DNA of 28,685 bases from Oligoflexales bacterium (GCA_044236265.1 JBIIGV010000028.1:1-28685), one strand, 5' to 3'; counted from the first letter of the stretch, positions 16,692 to 26,149 are shown. Program-made: numbers and translations. The notes: a model not told the origin generated them from the sequence alone.

Positions 16692-16877
16692 AGTGAGGAT
16701 CCTTTTAAGAGCTTGAGGAGGGAACCATATCAAACTCGGGATGCATAAAGCCACCAAAAGCTAAATATGTTAAACTGATAGGGTTAGATGGGGTCGGTCT
16801 TGAGCCATCAGGCTTTGGAAGTTTCAGCACTCTGTCTAAAATATAAACAAAAGCCTACCGATTAGGTGCTTCTTATT

Positions 16878-17654
16878 ATGATTGATGCCCACGCCCATCT
16901 TTCTGATCCAAGACTCGGAGCGGACATGATTCTGCTAGCCGATCAATTGAAGTCATTGGGCCTTGAACGCGTTGTTCTTGGAGGAGTCGACCCTAAGGAG
17001 TGGCTATTTCAGGCAAAACTAAAAAAAGCCAGGCCGACATTTGTTTCCCCGGTGGTGGGAATTCACCCTTGGACCGTTCGCGATCACGATGAGTCCGAGT
17101 TGGAGGCGATGTTTCGCACCCTTGAAAATTCAATCACCGGTGCCGATGCGATTGGGGAGGTTGGGCTAGATTTTCATCCAAAAAGAACGACGGAGCAGTT
17201 GGATAAGCAGTCACGGTGGTGCCTGCGCCAATTAGAGCTTGCGCATAGGGTCGGGTTGCCCGTGGTGCTGCATGTAGTTCAAGGCCATGACGTTATGCAG
17301 AGCCTCCTAAAGAATGTGTCGATTAAGGGTGCTTTGGTGCATGGATTTCGAGGGTCGTCAGAGGTCGCAAAATTCTATCTTGCGCGTGGGTTTATTCTGT
17401 CTTTGGGTCAGCGTTCGTTTAGAGGGCTGGAGCACGATGATTATCGATGGTTGCCGCAGTCCGGGTTTGTGTTGGAAAGTGATGCGCCACCTTTGGCTAA
17501 AGACGTTTCCAATATCAATGCGGTCAGCCATGAATGGTTGAAGTCTTTAGATGAAGCGGCCGCATTTCTGGCTGCTATGTGGTCCTTATCAAAGGCGGAC
17601 ATATGGAGACTTGCTGCGCAAAATCTTGCGCGCATGATACCTGAGCCCATTTGA
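16878..17654 (+). CDS. TatD-family metal-dependent nuclease/hydrolase
   Basis: MIDAHAHL, GIHPW, IGEVGLD, VLHV, VHGF and LESDAP. Confidence 0.92.
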   Translation: MIDAHAHLSDPRLGADMILLADQLKSLGLERVVLGGVDPKEWLFQAKLKKARPTFVSPVVGIHPWTVRDHDESELEAMFRTLENSITGADAIGEVGLDFHPKRTTEQLDKQSRWCLRQLELAHRVGLPVVLHVVQGHDVMQSLLKNVSIKGALVHGFRGSSEVAKFYLARGFILSLGQRSFRGLEHDDYRWLPQSGFVLESDAPPLAKDVSNINAVSHEWLKSLDEAAAFLAAMWSLSKADIWRLAAQNLARMIPEPI

Positions 17655-18941
17655 TTATTTTGTCAGACCGTAGACTGTGTTCGCTGCGGCGCGCGTCATT
17701 TTTTCCATGTACGTCCAATTGACCTTTTGGACCGTGTCGCAAGTCCGGTGATAGCAGGGATTGCCGTCGCCACCGAAAAAATTTTGGCTCACAACAATAG
17801 CCGGCCGGTCGTACTCCCAAAAAACGGCATGATCGCTGCGGTTAGTGCAGGCGTCTATTTTTTTCAATGGGATACCGTCCCGGCTGATGGTCTGCAGTAA
17901 TGCCTGGCTTAATGAGGACGAAGTATTCTCGTTGCAATCGATGGTGTGAAACGCGCCATCATTGTCACTGTCGTAGCCCGTCATTTCGATGTTTATGAGG
18001 TTGATTTTGGACATTTCACCCGATTTATTGAGATCGCGAGCATAAGCCGTACTACCAACGAGGCCGCGTTCTTCTTCGTCAAATGCGACAAATCGCACCG
18101 TGCGCTGAAGATCTTTACCGGCAAGGGCGCGCGCAATGGTCAATGATGAGATGGTTCCTGACCCGTCATCGTCTGCGCCGGCGGTTTGAACTGTATCCAG
18201 GTGCCCTGAGACCATAATGATTTGATCATCAACGGGGTTTGCTGGGCGCTTTTCGGCGACTAAGTTGACACCAGAACTATAACGATGCTCTGAAACCCGG
18301 AATCCTAAAGCTTCGTAGGCTGTCTTCAACCAGGCACGGGCCTTCGCCTTGTTGTCAACAGAGGCTCTGTTGGTCAAAGTGTGTTGCTGGCCGTCAATGA
18401 CAATGGGGCGGGCACCAGAAAGTGACTCTAGGTCCTCGCGCATGCGAAGTGGGTCAATGTCTAGGCCTTTAATTGGTGTTGAGAGAATAGATAGATTTGA
18501 TACCGATTCAGGAGACTGTTGAGCAGATGGATTCTTGATCTCGGATAAATCAATTTTCCTGGGGTGAGCCGTCAAACCGAATCTACTTGCTAAGAGAAAT
18601 GCTTCGCGTTCGTCGCGAGCAGAAAAAACAACGACTCTGCCACTGCGGAATATTTCCGATGAAATTTTCGCAGCGTCCGCGTTGTCGATCTCCACAAAGA
18701 AAAGATCTTCATGATCTGGCAGCTCAAAAGTATGACCACCCGCGACAATGCTTTGGCTTGGGGCTACAACGATTCGCTCATGATTGGTGGCCAATCGCGC
18801 AAAAAATGGCGTCTCGTCTTGTTTGCTGACGACTTTGATCGAAACTTTTTCGCTAGATCGTGACGTCATCTGTCCACAACCAGATGCCAACACCGTTAAT
18901 CCCAGGATCCAAAGCGGTAATATTTGAAACGTGAGCTGCAT
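17655..18941 (-). CDS. M28-family aminopeptidase lipoprotein
   Basis: Lipobox LASGC; SGHLDT, GADDDGSG, FDEEERGLVGS, NIEMTG, SDHAVF and YHRTCDT; GAAGGA upstream of ATG 18941. Confidence 0.88.
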   Translation of the reverse strand: MQLTFQILPLWILGLTVLASGCGQMTSRSSEKVSIKVVSKQDETPFFARLATNHERIVVAPSQSIVAGGHTFELPDHEDLFFVEIDNADAAKISSEIFRSGRVVVFSARDEREAFLLASRFGLTAHPRKIDLSEIKNPSAQQSPESVSNLSILSTPIKGLDIDPLRMREDLESLSGARPIVIDGQQHTLTNRASVDNKAKARAWLKTAYEALGFRVSEHRYSSGVNLVAEKRPANPVDDQIIMVSGHLDTVQTAGADDDGSGTISSLTIARALAGKDLQRTVRFVAFDEEERGLVGSTAYARDLNKSGEMSKINLINIEMTGYDSDNDGAFHTIDCNENTSSSLSQALLQTISRDGIPLKKIDACTNRSDHAVFWEYDRPAIVVSQNFFGGDGNPCYHRTCDTVQKVNWTYMEKMTRAAANTVYGLTK

Positions 18942-19167
18942 GAGTGAATCGGTCCTTCGGGGTGATGAATGAAGATTTGCTTGAGGATAGCCCATTTATG
19001 TAAATGATTCCAACAAATTGACGAGGTCTGGTGGGCTCTCAGAGACGTCCTTGAACGTGGGCTAGAAGGTGCCCTATGCAAAAGGGCTAGCGGTCAAGTC
19101 ATGGTCTGATGTAAGTAGGCGCTCCTGGGGAATATCTAATTTTATACAAGGCTTATGAGCGTTTACC

Positions 19168-20106
19168 ATGTCCTTTGATGCGCCAAAATCGAGTCATAAT
19201 AAAGATCATCAGGGTGGTGAAAGCGCAGTTGGGCGAGATCGCCGATTTGAGCGACTGGCGCGTCTGGTGGACTATGATGGTATTGTTAAGCTTCGCCATG
19301 CCCACGTGATGATTGTTGGTCTAGGCGGAGTGGGTTCTTGGTGTGCCGAGGCCATTGTTCGCAGTGGCGTTGGGACTGTGACGCTCATTGATTTTGACAA
19401 AGTCTCGATCAATAACTTCAACCGTCAAATGCCAGCCTTGGAGACCACTGTGGGTGTTTCCAAGGCTAAAGCCCTTTATGATCGTTTGAAACTAATTAAT
19501 CGTCATTGCAACATTATTGTGAAGGAAGAACAGGTCGATCGTTTTGATATTGGTCGTATTTTCGACCGTAAGGTTGATTTTGTGATCGATGCAATCGATC
19601 AACTCGGTAACAAGTGTGCGCTCATCAATTACTGCGTCAGAAAAAATATCAAGATTGTGACGTCCGTTGGAGCAGGTGGACGACTTGATCCGACCCAGAT
19701 TCGAGTGGTCGATTTATCTGAGACAAAAGATGACAGTCTTGCACGCATGGTCCGAATTTACTTACGTAAACGCCACATGTTCCCGAGAACTGGACGCTTT
19801 TACGTGCCGACAGTCATTAGTCTTGAACCATTGCGGATTCCTGTGGAGCCTAAGTTTCCTGAAGATGCTGAAGACATCACACCTGAGGAGCTGGCGGCCT
19901 TGGATCCTGTGAGCAAAGATCGTCGCAAGATGATTATGGGTACAGCCGCCTTTGTTACCAGTTGTTTTGGGATGACTTGCGCCTCGGTGGCAGTGCGAAC
20001 AATTCTTGGGGAGAAAATACCCGGATTAAAGAATCGCCCAGGAAGTTTTCGTTTACCCAAAGAACCGCCACTTCCGCTTCCTGAGTATGACGGTGAGCCT
20101 CTTTGA
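19168..20106 (+). CDS. tcdA: tRNA threonylcarbamoyladenosine dehydratase (ThiF/E1-like)
   Basis: GLGGVGSW, LIDFD..NFNRQ, VIDAID, GAGGRLDPT and GTAAFVTSCFG. Confidence 0.88.
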   Translation: MSFDAPKSSHNKDHQGGESAVGRDRRFERLARLVDYDGIVKLRHAHVMIVGLGGVGSWCAEAIVRSGVGTVTLIDFDKVSINNFNRQMPALETTVGVSKAKALYDRLKLINRHCNIIVKEEQVDRFDIGRIFDRKVDFVIDAIDQLGNKCALINYCVRKNIKIVTSVGAGGRLDPTQIRVVDLSETKDDSLARMVRIYLRKRHMFPRTGRFYVPTVISLEPLRIPVEPKFPEDAEDITPEELAALDPVSKDRRKMIMGTAAFVTSCFGMTCASVAVRTILGEKIPGLKNRPGSFRLPKEPPLPLPEYDGEPL

Positions 20107-20192
20107 TCTGTGAGTGCATTTGTCGGAATAATGTCTGGCAACTTAGACTGCGTTTCTATTATGATTTAGCTGTAAGTCATTAACCTGATCTG

Positions 20193-21428
20193 ATGGATAG
20201 ACTCATGAATTATATCGAGCTTTTGAAATCCCGTAATATGCTCTCCCAAGTGGCCCATCCTGAGGAGATGGTAGAGCATTTGTCGTCAGGTAAAAGATCG
20301 GCTTACGCTGGCTTTGATCCGACAGCAGAAAGCCTGCATGTCGGCAATTTAATGCCTATTATGGCTCTGCGCCGCTGGCAGCAGTCAGGACACAAAGCTG
20401 TGGTCTTGATGGGCGGAGCTACGGCCATGATTGGAGATCCATCCGGAAAAACGGAAATGCGTCAGATGCTAACTGTTGAATTGATCGATAGCCGTATCGA
20501 AAAGCTCAAGAAGCAGTTTGGACGATTCCTTGACCTTTCATCCGACAACTTTGCGATGACGAACAATGGCGACTGGTTTCGCGACATGAAATACCTTCCA
20601 CTGCTGCGGGAGATTGGTGCTGACTTTACGGTAAACAGGATGCTCGCAGCTGAGTGCTTTAAGCAGCGCTATGAAAAGGGTCTAAGCTTTCTTGAGTTCA
20701 ACTACATGATTCTTCAGAGCTATGACTTTCTGCATCTGAATCGCTCCTGGGGCGTAACCGTGCAGGTTGGTGGAGATGACCAGTGGAGTAACATGATCGG
20801 TGGAATGGATTTGATTCGCCGTAAAGAGCGGAAACAGGCATTTATCTGTACCGTGCCTCTTTTAGTGAACTCAGCTGGCAAGAAAATGGGAAAAACGGAA
20901 GAGGGTGCTGTCTGGCTTGATCCCGATATGACCAAGCCGTACGACTTGTTCCAGTATTTCCGCAATGTCGAAGATGACATGGTGGAAACGTGCCTCTTTT
21001 ATTTTACCGATCTTCCGGTTGACGAAGTACGTCGACTAGGTGGGATGAAAGATGCAGCTATTAATGAATCGAAGACCATTTTGGGTTACGAAGTGACGAA
21101 GCTCATCCATGGAGAGGACGATGCTGCAAAAGCTCGAGATCAGGCAAAAAGTCTTTTTAGTGGTGCTGGCGGTGGCGATGCACCTGTGGTCGAGATTTCA
21201 CGTGCGACATTTGGCAGCGCCATGCCCATTTTGGACGTGTTGGTGGTAACAAAGATTTGCGAATCTAAGAGTGAGGCGCGTCGTCTGGTCGAACAAGGTG
21301 GTCTAACGATTGATGACGTCAAGATCACCGATTTTAAATACATGCTTGACGCTGGAAAATTTGCTGATGGTTCCGGTACGCTGATTCGCAAAGGCAAGAA
21401 GCATTACTTTAAGTTGGTTTTGCGGTAA
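20193..21428 (+). CDS. tyrS: Tyrosine--tRNA ligase
   Basis: YAGFDPTAESLHVGN (HIGH), GDPSG, QVGGDDQWSN, KMGKT (KMSKS) and C-terminal S4 domain SKSEARRL...RKGKK; alternative start at 20205. Confidence 0.98.
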   Translation: MDRLMNYIELLKSRNMLSQVAHPEEMVEHLSSGKRSAYAGFDPTAESLHVGNLMPIMALRRWQQSGHKAVVLMGGATAMIGDPSGKTEMRQMLTVELIDSRIEKLKKQFGRFLDLSSDNFAMTNNGDWFRDMKYLPLLREIGADFTVNRMLAAECFKQRYEKGLSFLEFNYMILQSYDFLHLNRSWGVTVQVGGDDQWSNMIGGMDLIRRKERKQAFICTVPLLVNSAGKKMGKTEEGAVWLDPDMTKPYDLFQYFRNVEDDMVETCLFYFTDLPVDEVRRLGGMKDAAINESKTILGYEVTKLIHGEDDAAKARDQAKSLFSGAGGGDAPVVEISRATFGSAMPILDVLVVTKICESKSEARRLVEQGGLTIDDVKITDFKYMLDAGKFADGSGTLIRKGKKHYFKLVLR

Positions 21429-21440
21429 CTGGATTACCGA

Positions 21441-22322
21441 TCAAAGGCATTTTCTTAGTTGATTAGCTATATTCTTCGGAATGCTTTCACTGACTTCGTC
21501 AGCCGTAAATGAAGAGACATCAAAATCTTGTCCCAGTTGGGGGCGGCCGCCTGCACTTGCTGCTGTGGACCTTATTGACTCCCATTGTTGTACTGCATTC
21601 GGAAAGGGCGGCTCGGGTGACGGTGATTTGTTCCCACCTGTTTTTGGGGTAGCAGTGTAGATAAAGGTGAGGCGCATGTCGCTTTCGGATAGCACGCTAA
21701 GAACATCCTTTGGATCATAGTTTCTGACGGCATTTGCAGCACCTGTCGGGGTGCCATCATGTGAGAAAGCGTCTGTGACCAAAAACATTACTTTAATCGA
21801 GTCTTTATTGTTTCGAGCCAGGCTTAGACCCCGTGCGGCAGCCATTAGTCCTGCCTCGGAAGAGTCGCCACCTTGGAATACGGCGTTGAATTTCTCGCTG
21901 ATCATCTGTTTTACCGACTGAAAATTACTCGACATCGGTGATTCGAACTGGATGACGTCTTCAAAAGCGATCAAACCAAAGCGCACAGTTGGTACCTTGC
22001 CTAGACCTTCAATGGTCATGTTCGAAAGGTTTGCTGCCAAATTTGAAAATGCGGCGTTTACCCTTTCGCTCTGAGGTTTCATGCTTCCGCTAACATCCAT
22101 GGCTAAAATGAAGTCGATAGCCGGAGCCTTTTTTAAACAAAGTCCTTCTCCGTCGGTAGAGATCAGATCTCCGCCCTTCCCAGTTGATGGTTTACAGTTG
22201 TTGTCGCCTTTTTTGCATTTTGTTTGTGATAATCCGCCGGCACTGAAATTGCCCTCTGCGCACGCAGCCATAATGCTTGCTGCGGTGATGATGGCTAAAA
22301 AGGTTTGCGGCTTGATCATCAT
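21441..22322 (-). CDS. von Willebrand factor A domain lipoprotein
   Basis: Lipobox MAAC from ATG 22322; MIDAS DVSGS, VRFGLIAFED, GGDSSE and LVTDA. Confidence 0.82.
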   Translation of the reverse strand: MMIKPQTFLAIITAASIMAACAEGNFSAGGLSQTKCKKGDNNCKPSTGKGGDLISTDGEGLCLKKAPAIDFILAMDVSGSMKPQSERVNAAFSNLAANLSNMTIEGLGKVPTVRFGLIAFEDVIQFESPMSSNFQSVKQMISEKFNAVFQGGDSSEAGLMAAARGLSLARNNKDSIKVMFLVTDAFSHDGTPTGAANAVRNYDPKDVLSVLSESDMRLTFIYTATPKTGGNKSPSPEPPFPNAVQQWESIRSTAASAGGRPQLGQDFDVSSFTADEVSESIPKNIANQLRKCL

Positions 22323-22330
22323 TAGTTCCG

Positions 22331-23506
22331 TTATTCGCCAGTTATTGTTCTCAGAAGCGCCCCCCAAATATCCCTTTCAGAGTCATCAGATTGTCCAGCT
22401 GGAGGATTAGATGGAGTGGTGGCAATGGGCGGAGGTCCCTGCGGAGGTACAGGATTACTGCCAACAGTTATCACAGTGCCGCCTGGAGCTGCTGTCGGCG
22501 GTGCCGGGTTAGGGGACGGGTGCTGATTGGACGTTACCGGCGTTCCTGGATCGATCGGAACTTGTGCATTGTTACTAGCCTGTCCTTGCGATGTGTTATC
22601 CCTACGATCGAATCGCTCTTGCAGCAAGGACTCAGGCATCACCTTCCAGACTGGCGTGTGGGATCCACCGGAGTTCATCACGGTAATTTGCTTGGACCGC
22701 TCGAGAATTTGTTGCAGCGTTGTTCCTTTTCCGGCTCTGATGGCTTCAAGCCACGAGGAAGTAAATACACCGCCAATGCTATCGCCACCATCAAGTGATT
22801 CTTCACTCGGCTTAGCTGCGGCCAAGACCAGACCTTGTTCAAAAGTTGGCGAGCGGCCCGACGCTACAGCTCCATCTGAACCCGCGTTGTCTGCGCCTGC
22901 AGAAAAAAGTCCATTATCAGAATCTGACGCCAGCGACGATATAAAGTTTTCGATTGAAAAATCCTTGGATGATGATGACAAAAAAACGGCCTGAGATCCA
23001 ATGGCGCTCTGCCCGCTGTAGCAAGCGTCAATGACACTGATGAATCTTTTAAATTTTTTTCCCGAGACATTGCTGCCAAGACTATTTGTAACTTCGCGTA
23101 GCGTGATTGATCCATATTCTTGCGTCGCTAACGCACCGTCCTCAGATCCATGACCGCTGAAATAGAAGAAAACGGTTGAATTAGGTGAGAGTCGAGATGA
23201 AATCTCTTTGGCTTTCGACAAAATCTGGCTTCTGGTCGCATTATTGATGACCTCGACTTGATAGCCGAGATCGTTTTGCTTGATCATGTTTGAAACATTA
23301 ATGACGTCTCGAGCAACGCCGCCCAGATCATTGGGGCTGCCGACAATCAAAGCGATGTTGGTTGAATTGCGATCTGCAACTGTGAATTTTTCCCGCGATG
23401 GCGCCTCCGCGGGGCGACGGCAACTCATTTGCAGGAAAACCAATGCGAAAAGAACCAGTCGCAGTGGCCAACGGTTAAGATAGGTCGTTACTAAATTAAG
23501 ATGCAT
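22331..23506 (-). CDS. Caspase-like (C14) peptidase lipoprotein with Pro-rich tail
   Basis: GGGAG before ATG 23506; signal ends QMSC29; ALIVG, FYFSGHG (His), IDACYSG (Cys) and GGVFT. Confidence 0.85.
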   Translation of the reverse strand: MHLNLVTTYLNRWPLRLVLFALVFLQMSCRRPAEAPSREKFTVADRNSTNIALIVGSPNDLGGVARDVINVSNMIKQNDLGYQVEVINNATRSQILSKAKEISSRLSPNSTVFFYFSGHGSEDGALATQEYGSITLREVTNSLGSNVSGKKFKRFISVIDACYSGQSAIGSQAVFLSSSSKDFSIENFISSLASDSDNGLFSAGADNAGSDGAVASGRSPTFEQGLVLAAAKPSEESLDGGDSIGGVFTSSWLEAIRAGKGTTLQQILERSKQITVMNSGGSHTPVWKVMPESLLQERFDRRDNTSQGQASNNAQVPIDPGTPVTSNQHPSPNPAPPTAAPGGTVITVGSNPVPPQGPPPIATTPSNPPAGQSDDSERDIWGALLRTITGE

Positions 23507-23660
23507 CGACAACTCCCGAAAGGAGTTATCGTCAGGCAACCAATGGAACTTTATCTGTGTTGAAAGATTGTTTTAAAATAATGAATTTATTGTGTTTATT
23601 GAGGGCTTGGCGGCTTGATTAGATTCTCGGGACTGGGGATCCCAGGTCTGCCATGAGCAG

Positions 23661-24635
23661 CTATTTTTTTGTAGGAAGCAGTTGTTTCATGCATGGGATC
23701 AGGGCGTATACGTAAAGATACTCGTCAGTGTGGTGACACTCCAAGCGACCCTTAGAAAAGTCACCCGGGGGGTAGTCATAGACGTAACGACAGGTGCCCT
23801 TTTTTCCAGGTGGCATTGCTCCACTACTTACAAAGTTTTCAACGTTCATTTCAAAACCACGGCCAGAATTCATCGTCCAAGGTTCGGGCTCGTCTTTTAG
23901 TTTTTCTTTATCCTCGGATGCAGTTGGCTCTTCTGGTTTCTTCTCTCCATGCCCGCCACCATGACCACCGTCATCTTTTTTCTCCTCATGCCCGTCGCCG
24001 TGGCCGCCACCATGACCACCGTCATCTTTTTTAGGTTCAGGAGGTGGAGTTTCAATTTTTTCTTTAGCGGTCAGTGGCGTGTCAATGTCGGGAAACCGTA
24101 TGATCCATTTTTGGTTGTTGAATTTTGTAAGAGTGATTTTGCGCAAAGTTCCGTCATCTCGACCTAGCGCTGCGGTACAGCTTTTGAAAAACTCCGGTAA
24201 GCTGGTTTCGGTATTAAATTTCGAGCCTGCTGGCAAAACTTTGGCGATTGTGTAAGGCGTACTCCAGCTGACAGGGGTTCCAAAGTCTTGGGGAGAGGTC
24301 TTTATGGACCATGAAATTGAGGCACGCTCAGCGTCCAAGTCTTTTAAGAACCATTTAAGACTGGTTGTTTTACAAATGTTTTGATCTGGACGATTTTTGT
24401 CAGTGGTCACCACGAAGCATTGACCTTTTGGAGGGCTCAATTTTATCCATCCATAAAGCTGTTCTGGTTTTTTAGTCGTCACTGCATTCGAAACTGTCAG
24501 GCTGCGATCGATTTCGATATTGGAACCAGGCTGCGGAGAAATGTATTTGCTGAGAACTGCGATCCGTTCCGATAAAGGCGCGTTCGGTGGAATCATTGCT
24601 GCAGCAAACATGAAGCGTGAAAGTCTATTACCCAT
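23661..24635 (-). CDS. Hypothetical protein with Cys residues and a His/Gly/charged repeat linker
   Basis: 324-aa ORF starting 2 bp after the propeller gene; contains KKDDGGHGGGHG twice. Confidence 0.7.
   Translation of the reverse strand: MGNRLSRFMFAAAMIPPNAPLSERIAVLSKYISPQPGSNIEIDRSLTVSNAVTTKKPEQLYGWIKLSPPKGQCFVVTTDKNRPDQNICKTTSLKWFLKDLDAERASISWSIKTSPQDFGTPVSWSTPYTIAKVLPAGSKFNTETSLPEFFKSCTAALGRDDGTLRKITLTKFNNQKWIIRFPDIDTPLTAKEKIETPPPEPKKDDGGHGGGHGDGHEEKKDDGGHGGGHGEKKPEEPTASEDKEKLKDEPEPWTMNSGRGFEMNVENFVSSGAMPPGKKGTCRYVYDYPPGDFSKGRLECHHTDEYLYVYALIPCMKQLLPTKK
23953..24032. repeat. Exact 29-bp direct repeat x2 (51-bp period), intragenic
   Basis: ccgccaccatgaccaccgtcatctttttt at 23953-23981 and 24004-24032, encoding the KKDDGGHGGG repeat on the minus strand. 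Confidence 0.9.
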
Positions 24636-24637
24636 AA

Positions 24638-25663
24638 TTAATTTTCCGCTGACCGACTCTTGTCAGATGTGGCGTTCGAGTTGTCGCCCATATCAAAACC
24701 CATGACGTTGAGGTCTTTTGAACCGTCAGTCGTATAAAAAATACTTTTGCCATCGGGGTGCCAAGCTGGCCAACGCTCTGCAGTGTGCTGTGTTGCAGTT
24801 AGAAACGATCCCTTTTGCCCCGGTGAAGTGATCTTAATGTCGTAATCGGATGGTTTATTTCCCACCATTCGACCTCCGGCATAAACCAGCATGTTTTTCT
24901 CTGGGTGCCATCTGGGGTCACGGCCCCAGTCCAAAAATTCTGGTTTTGCGCCGGTTGCGCTCGTATAAATTTTTCCTGAGCGAGTGGCCCATGCGGCCAT
25001 GGAACCATCAGGTGAAATGTCGAAGGATTCAATGCCCGAGTCATCGTCTTGAAGTTTTTGCATCACAAAGCCGCCGTCTGTAACGAAGGTTGCACCTTTT
25101 TGTGCCATAACCCATTTACCGAGGTCTTTGCGTTGGGACTTTTGCCAGAAGGCAAGCCGGTTATCTGGAAACAATAACTTCTTACTCTTAATGCCCTTCT
25201 CATACATCAACAGGAGGCGGTTATCGCGAGGATCAAACGTTAACAAACCGCTGGATCCATTGAAGGAGTCGATTTCGATATTTTTGTTGAGGACGACATC
25301 CCATGCTCGGATTCGACTTACAGTCTTTCCTGCCTCTGCGGTCAATTCACGATAGAATAAACGATTTCCGTCAGGCGACCAGAAAAACGAGGCGCCGACG
25401 TGACGCCCACTTGGTTCCATGACTTTGCCCGTTTTAGTGTTTAAAATTCTGATCCCCGCAATACCAGACGGAATAAATGCAATATGTTTTGCGTCGATAT
25501 TTGGCTTGATGAAGGATAAGCCGGTGTCAAGCTGCATCCAATTTTTCGTCGCTGGAGCTACCTGAATCGAGTTGGAACTTGATGTGATGGCCATCAAGCG
25601 GGACGGTGATATGACCAGTATGCTTGCCGAGAGAACGTAGAAAGCTGTCAGGAGGCCATGCAT
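24638..25663 (-). CDS. Exported TolB-like (PD40-repeat) beta-propeller
   Basis: Signal-like N-terminus; repeats WSPDGNRL, FDPRDNRL, ISPDGSMA, PRWHPEKN and PAWHPDGKSI. Confidence 0.8.
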   Translation of the reverse strand: MHGLLTAFYVLSASILVISPSRLMAITSSSNSIQVAPATKNWMQLDTGLSFIKPNIDAKHIAFIPSGIAGIRILNTKTGKVMEPSGRHVGASFFWSPDGNRLFYRELTAEAGKTVSRIRAWDVVLNKNIEIDSFNGSSGLLTFDPRDNRLLLMYEKGIKSKKLLFPDNRLAFWQKSQRKDLGKWVMAQKGATFVTDGGFVMQKLQDDDSGIESFDISPDGSMAAWATRSGKIYTSATGAKPEFLDWGRDPRWHPEKNMLVYAGGRMVGNKPSDYDIKITSPGQKGSFLTATQHTAERWPAWHPDGKSIFYTTDGSKDLNVMGFDMGDNSNATSDKSRSAEN

Positions 25664-25834
25664 TTTTGAGATCCTTCTGCTTAAAAGACCCTGAGATCAT
25701 CGAATCTTAAATACATTATAGCAGCTTTTGCGCACCCAATCACCCAAGTGATTTCAGGATGTTACGCCTCCATCGCCTGTTTTTCTAAGGAAATCTCAAA
25801 AAATACCGTTAAAGAAGGGGTCTGAGGAGGGTTT

Positions 25835-26149
25835 ATGCGTATATGGGGAGTGCTGTTTTTAGCGATGGTCATTGCGAGTCCACAGCTAGTCGCAAAAGAA
25901 ACCAAGAAAAAAGGTGGCGGCGGTGATCGAGAGCGCGTTATCAAGCGCGAGGGTCGCTCGAAGACTGGTTCCAAAACAAAAATCGATTTTGAGGACACGG
26001 ATATCGGCGGTGCGGTGAAAACGCCGTATGGATCTATGCTCACCAACACCAAGTCGAACAAGAATTTTGATATGGTTCCAATCAGGACCGATTGGCGTCC
26101 TGAAATGCTTCAGTCTGCATCGTCACTCGACGCAGGTCGCTCACGCTGA
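25835..26149 (+). CDS. Small exported protein resembling gliding-motility GltF/CglF
   Basis: GAGGAGG SD, signal peptide, TKIDFEDTDIGGAVKTPYG and PIRTDWRPEMLQS match the recalled pattern IDF-x4-I-x-G-x3-P-x-G...R-x2-F/W-x-PE. Confidence 0.6.
   Translation: MRIWGVLFLAMVIASPQLVAKETKKKGGGGDRERVIKREGRSKTGSKTKIDFEDTDIGGAVKTPYGSMLTNTKSNKNFDMVPIRTDWRPEMLQSASSLDAGRSR

Noticed and set aside
16837..16864. Sigma28-like TAAAATAT-N12-ACCGATTA before tatD
   Set aside because: The spacing is off by one and the -10 overlaps the SD, leaving almost no leader.
21441..23506. vWA-MoxR-caspase ternary conflict system
   Set aside because: There is no MoxR AAA+ or VMAP gene, and both proteins look like lipoproteins.
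23953..24032. CRISPR-like repeat-spacer-repeat (29-bp repeats, 22-bp gap)
   Set aside because: Only two copies, in frame within a CDS as a peptide duplication, and no cas genes.
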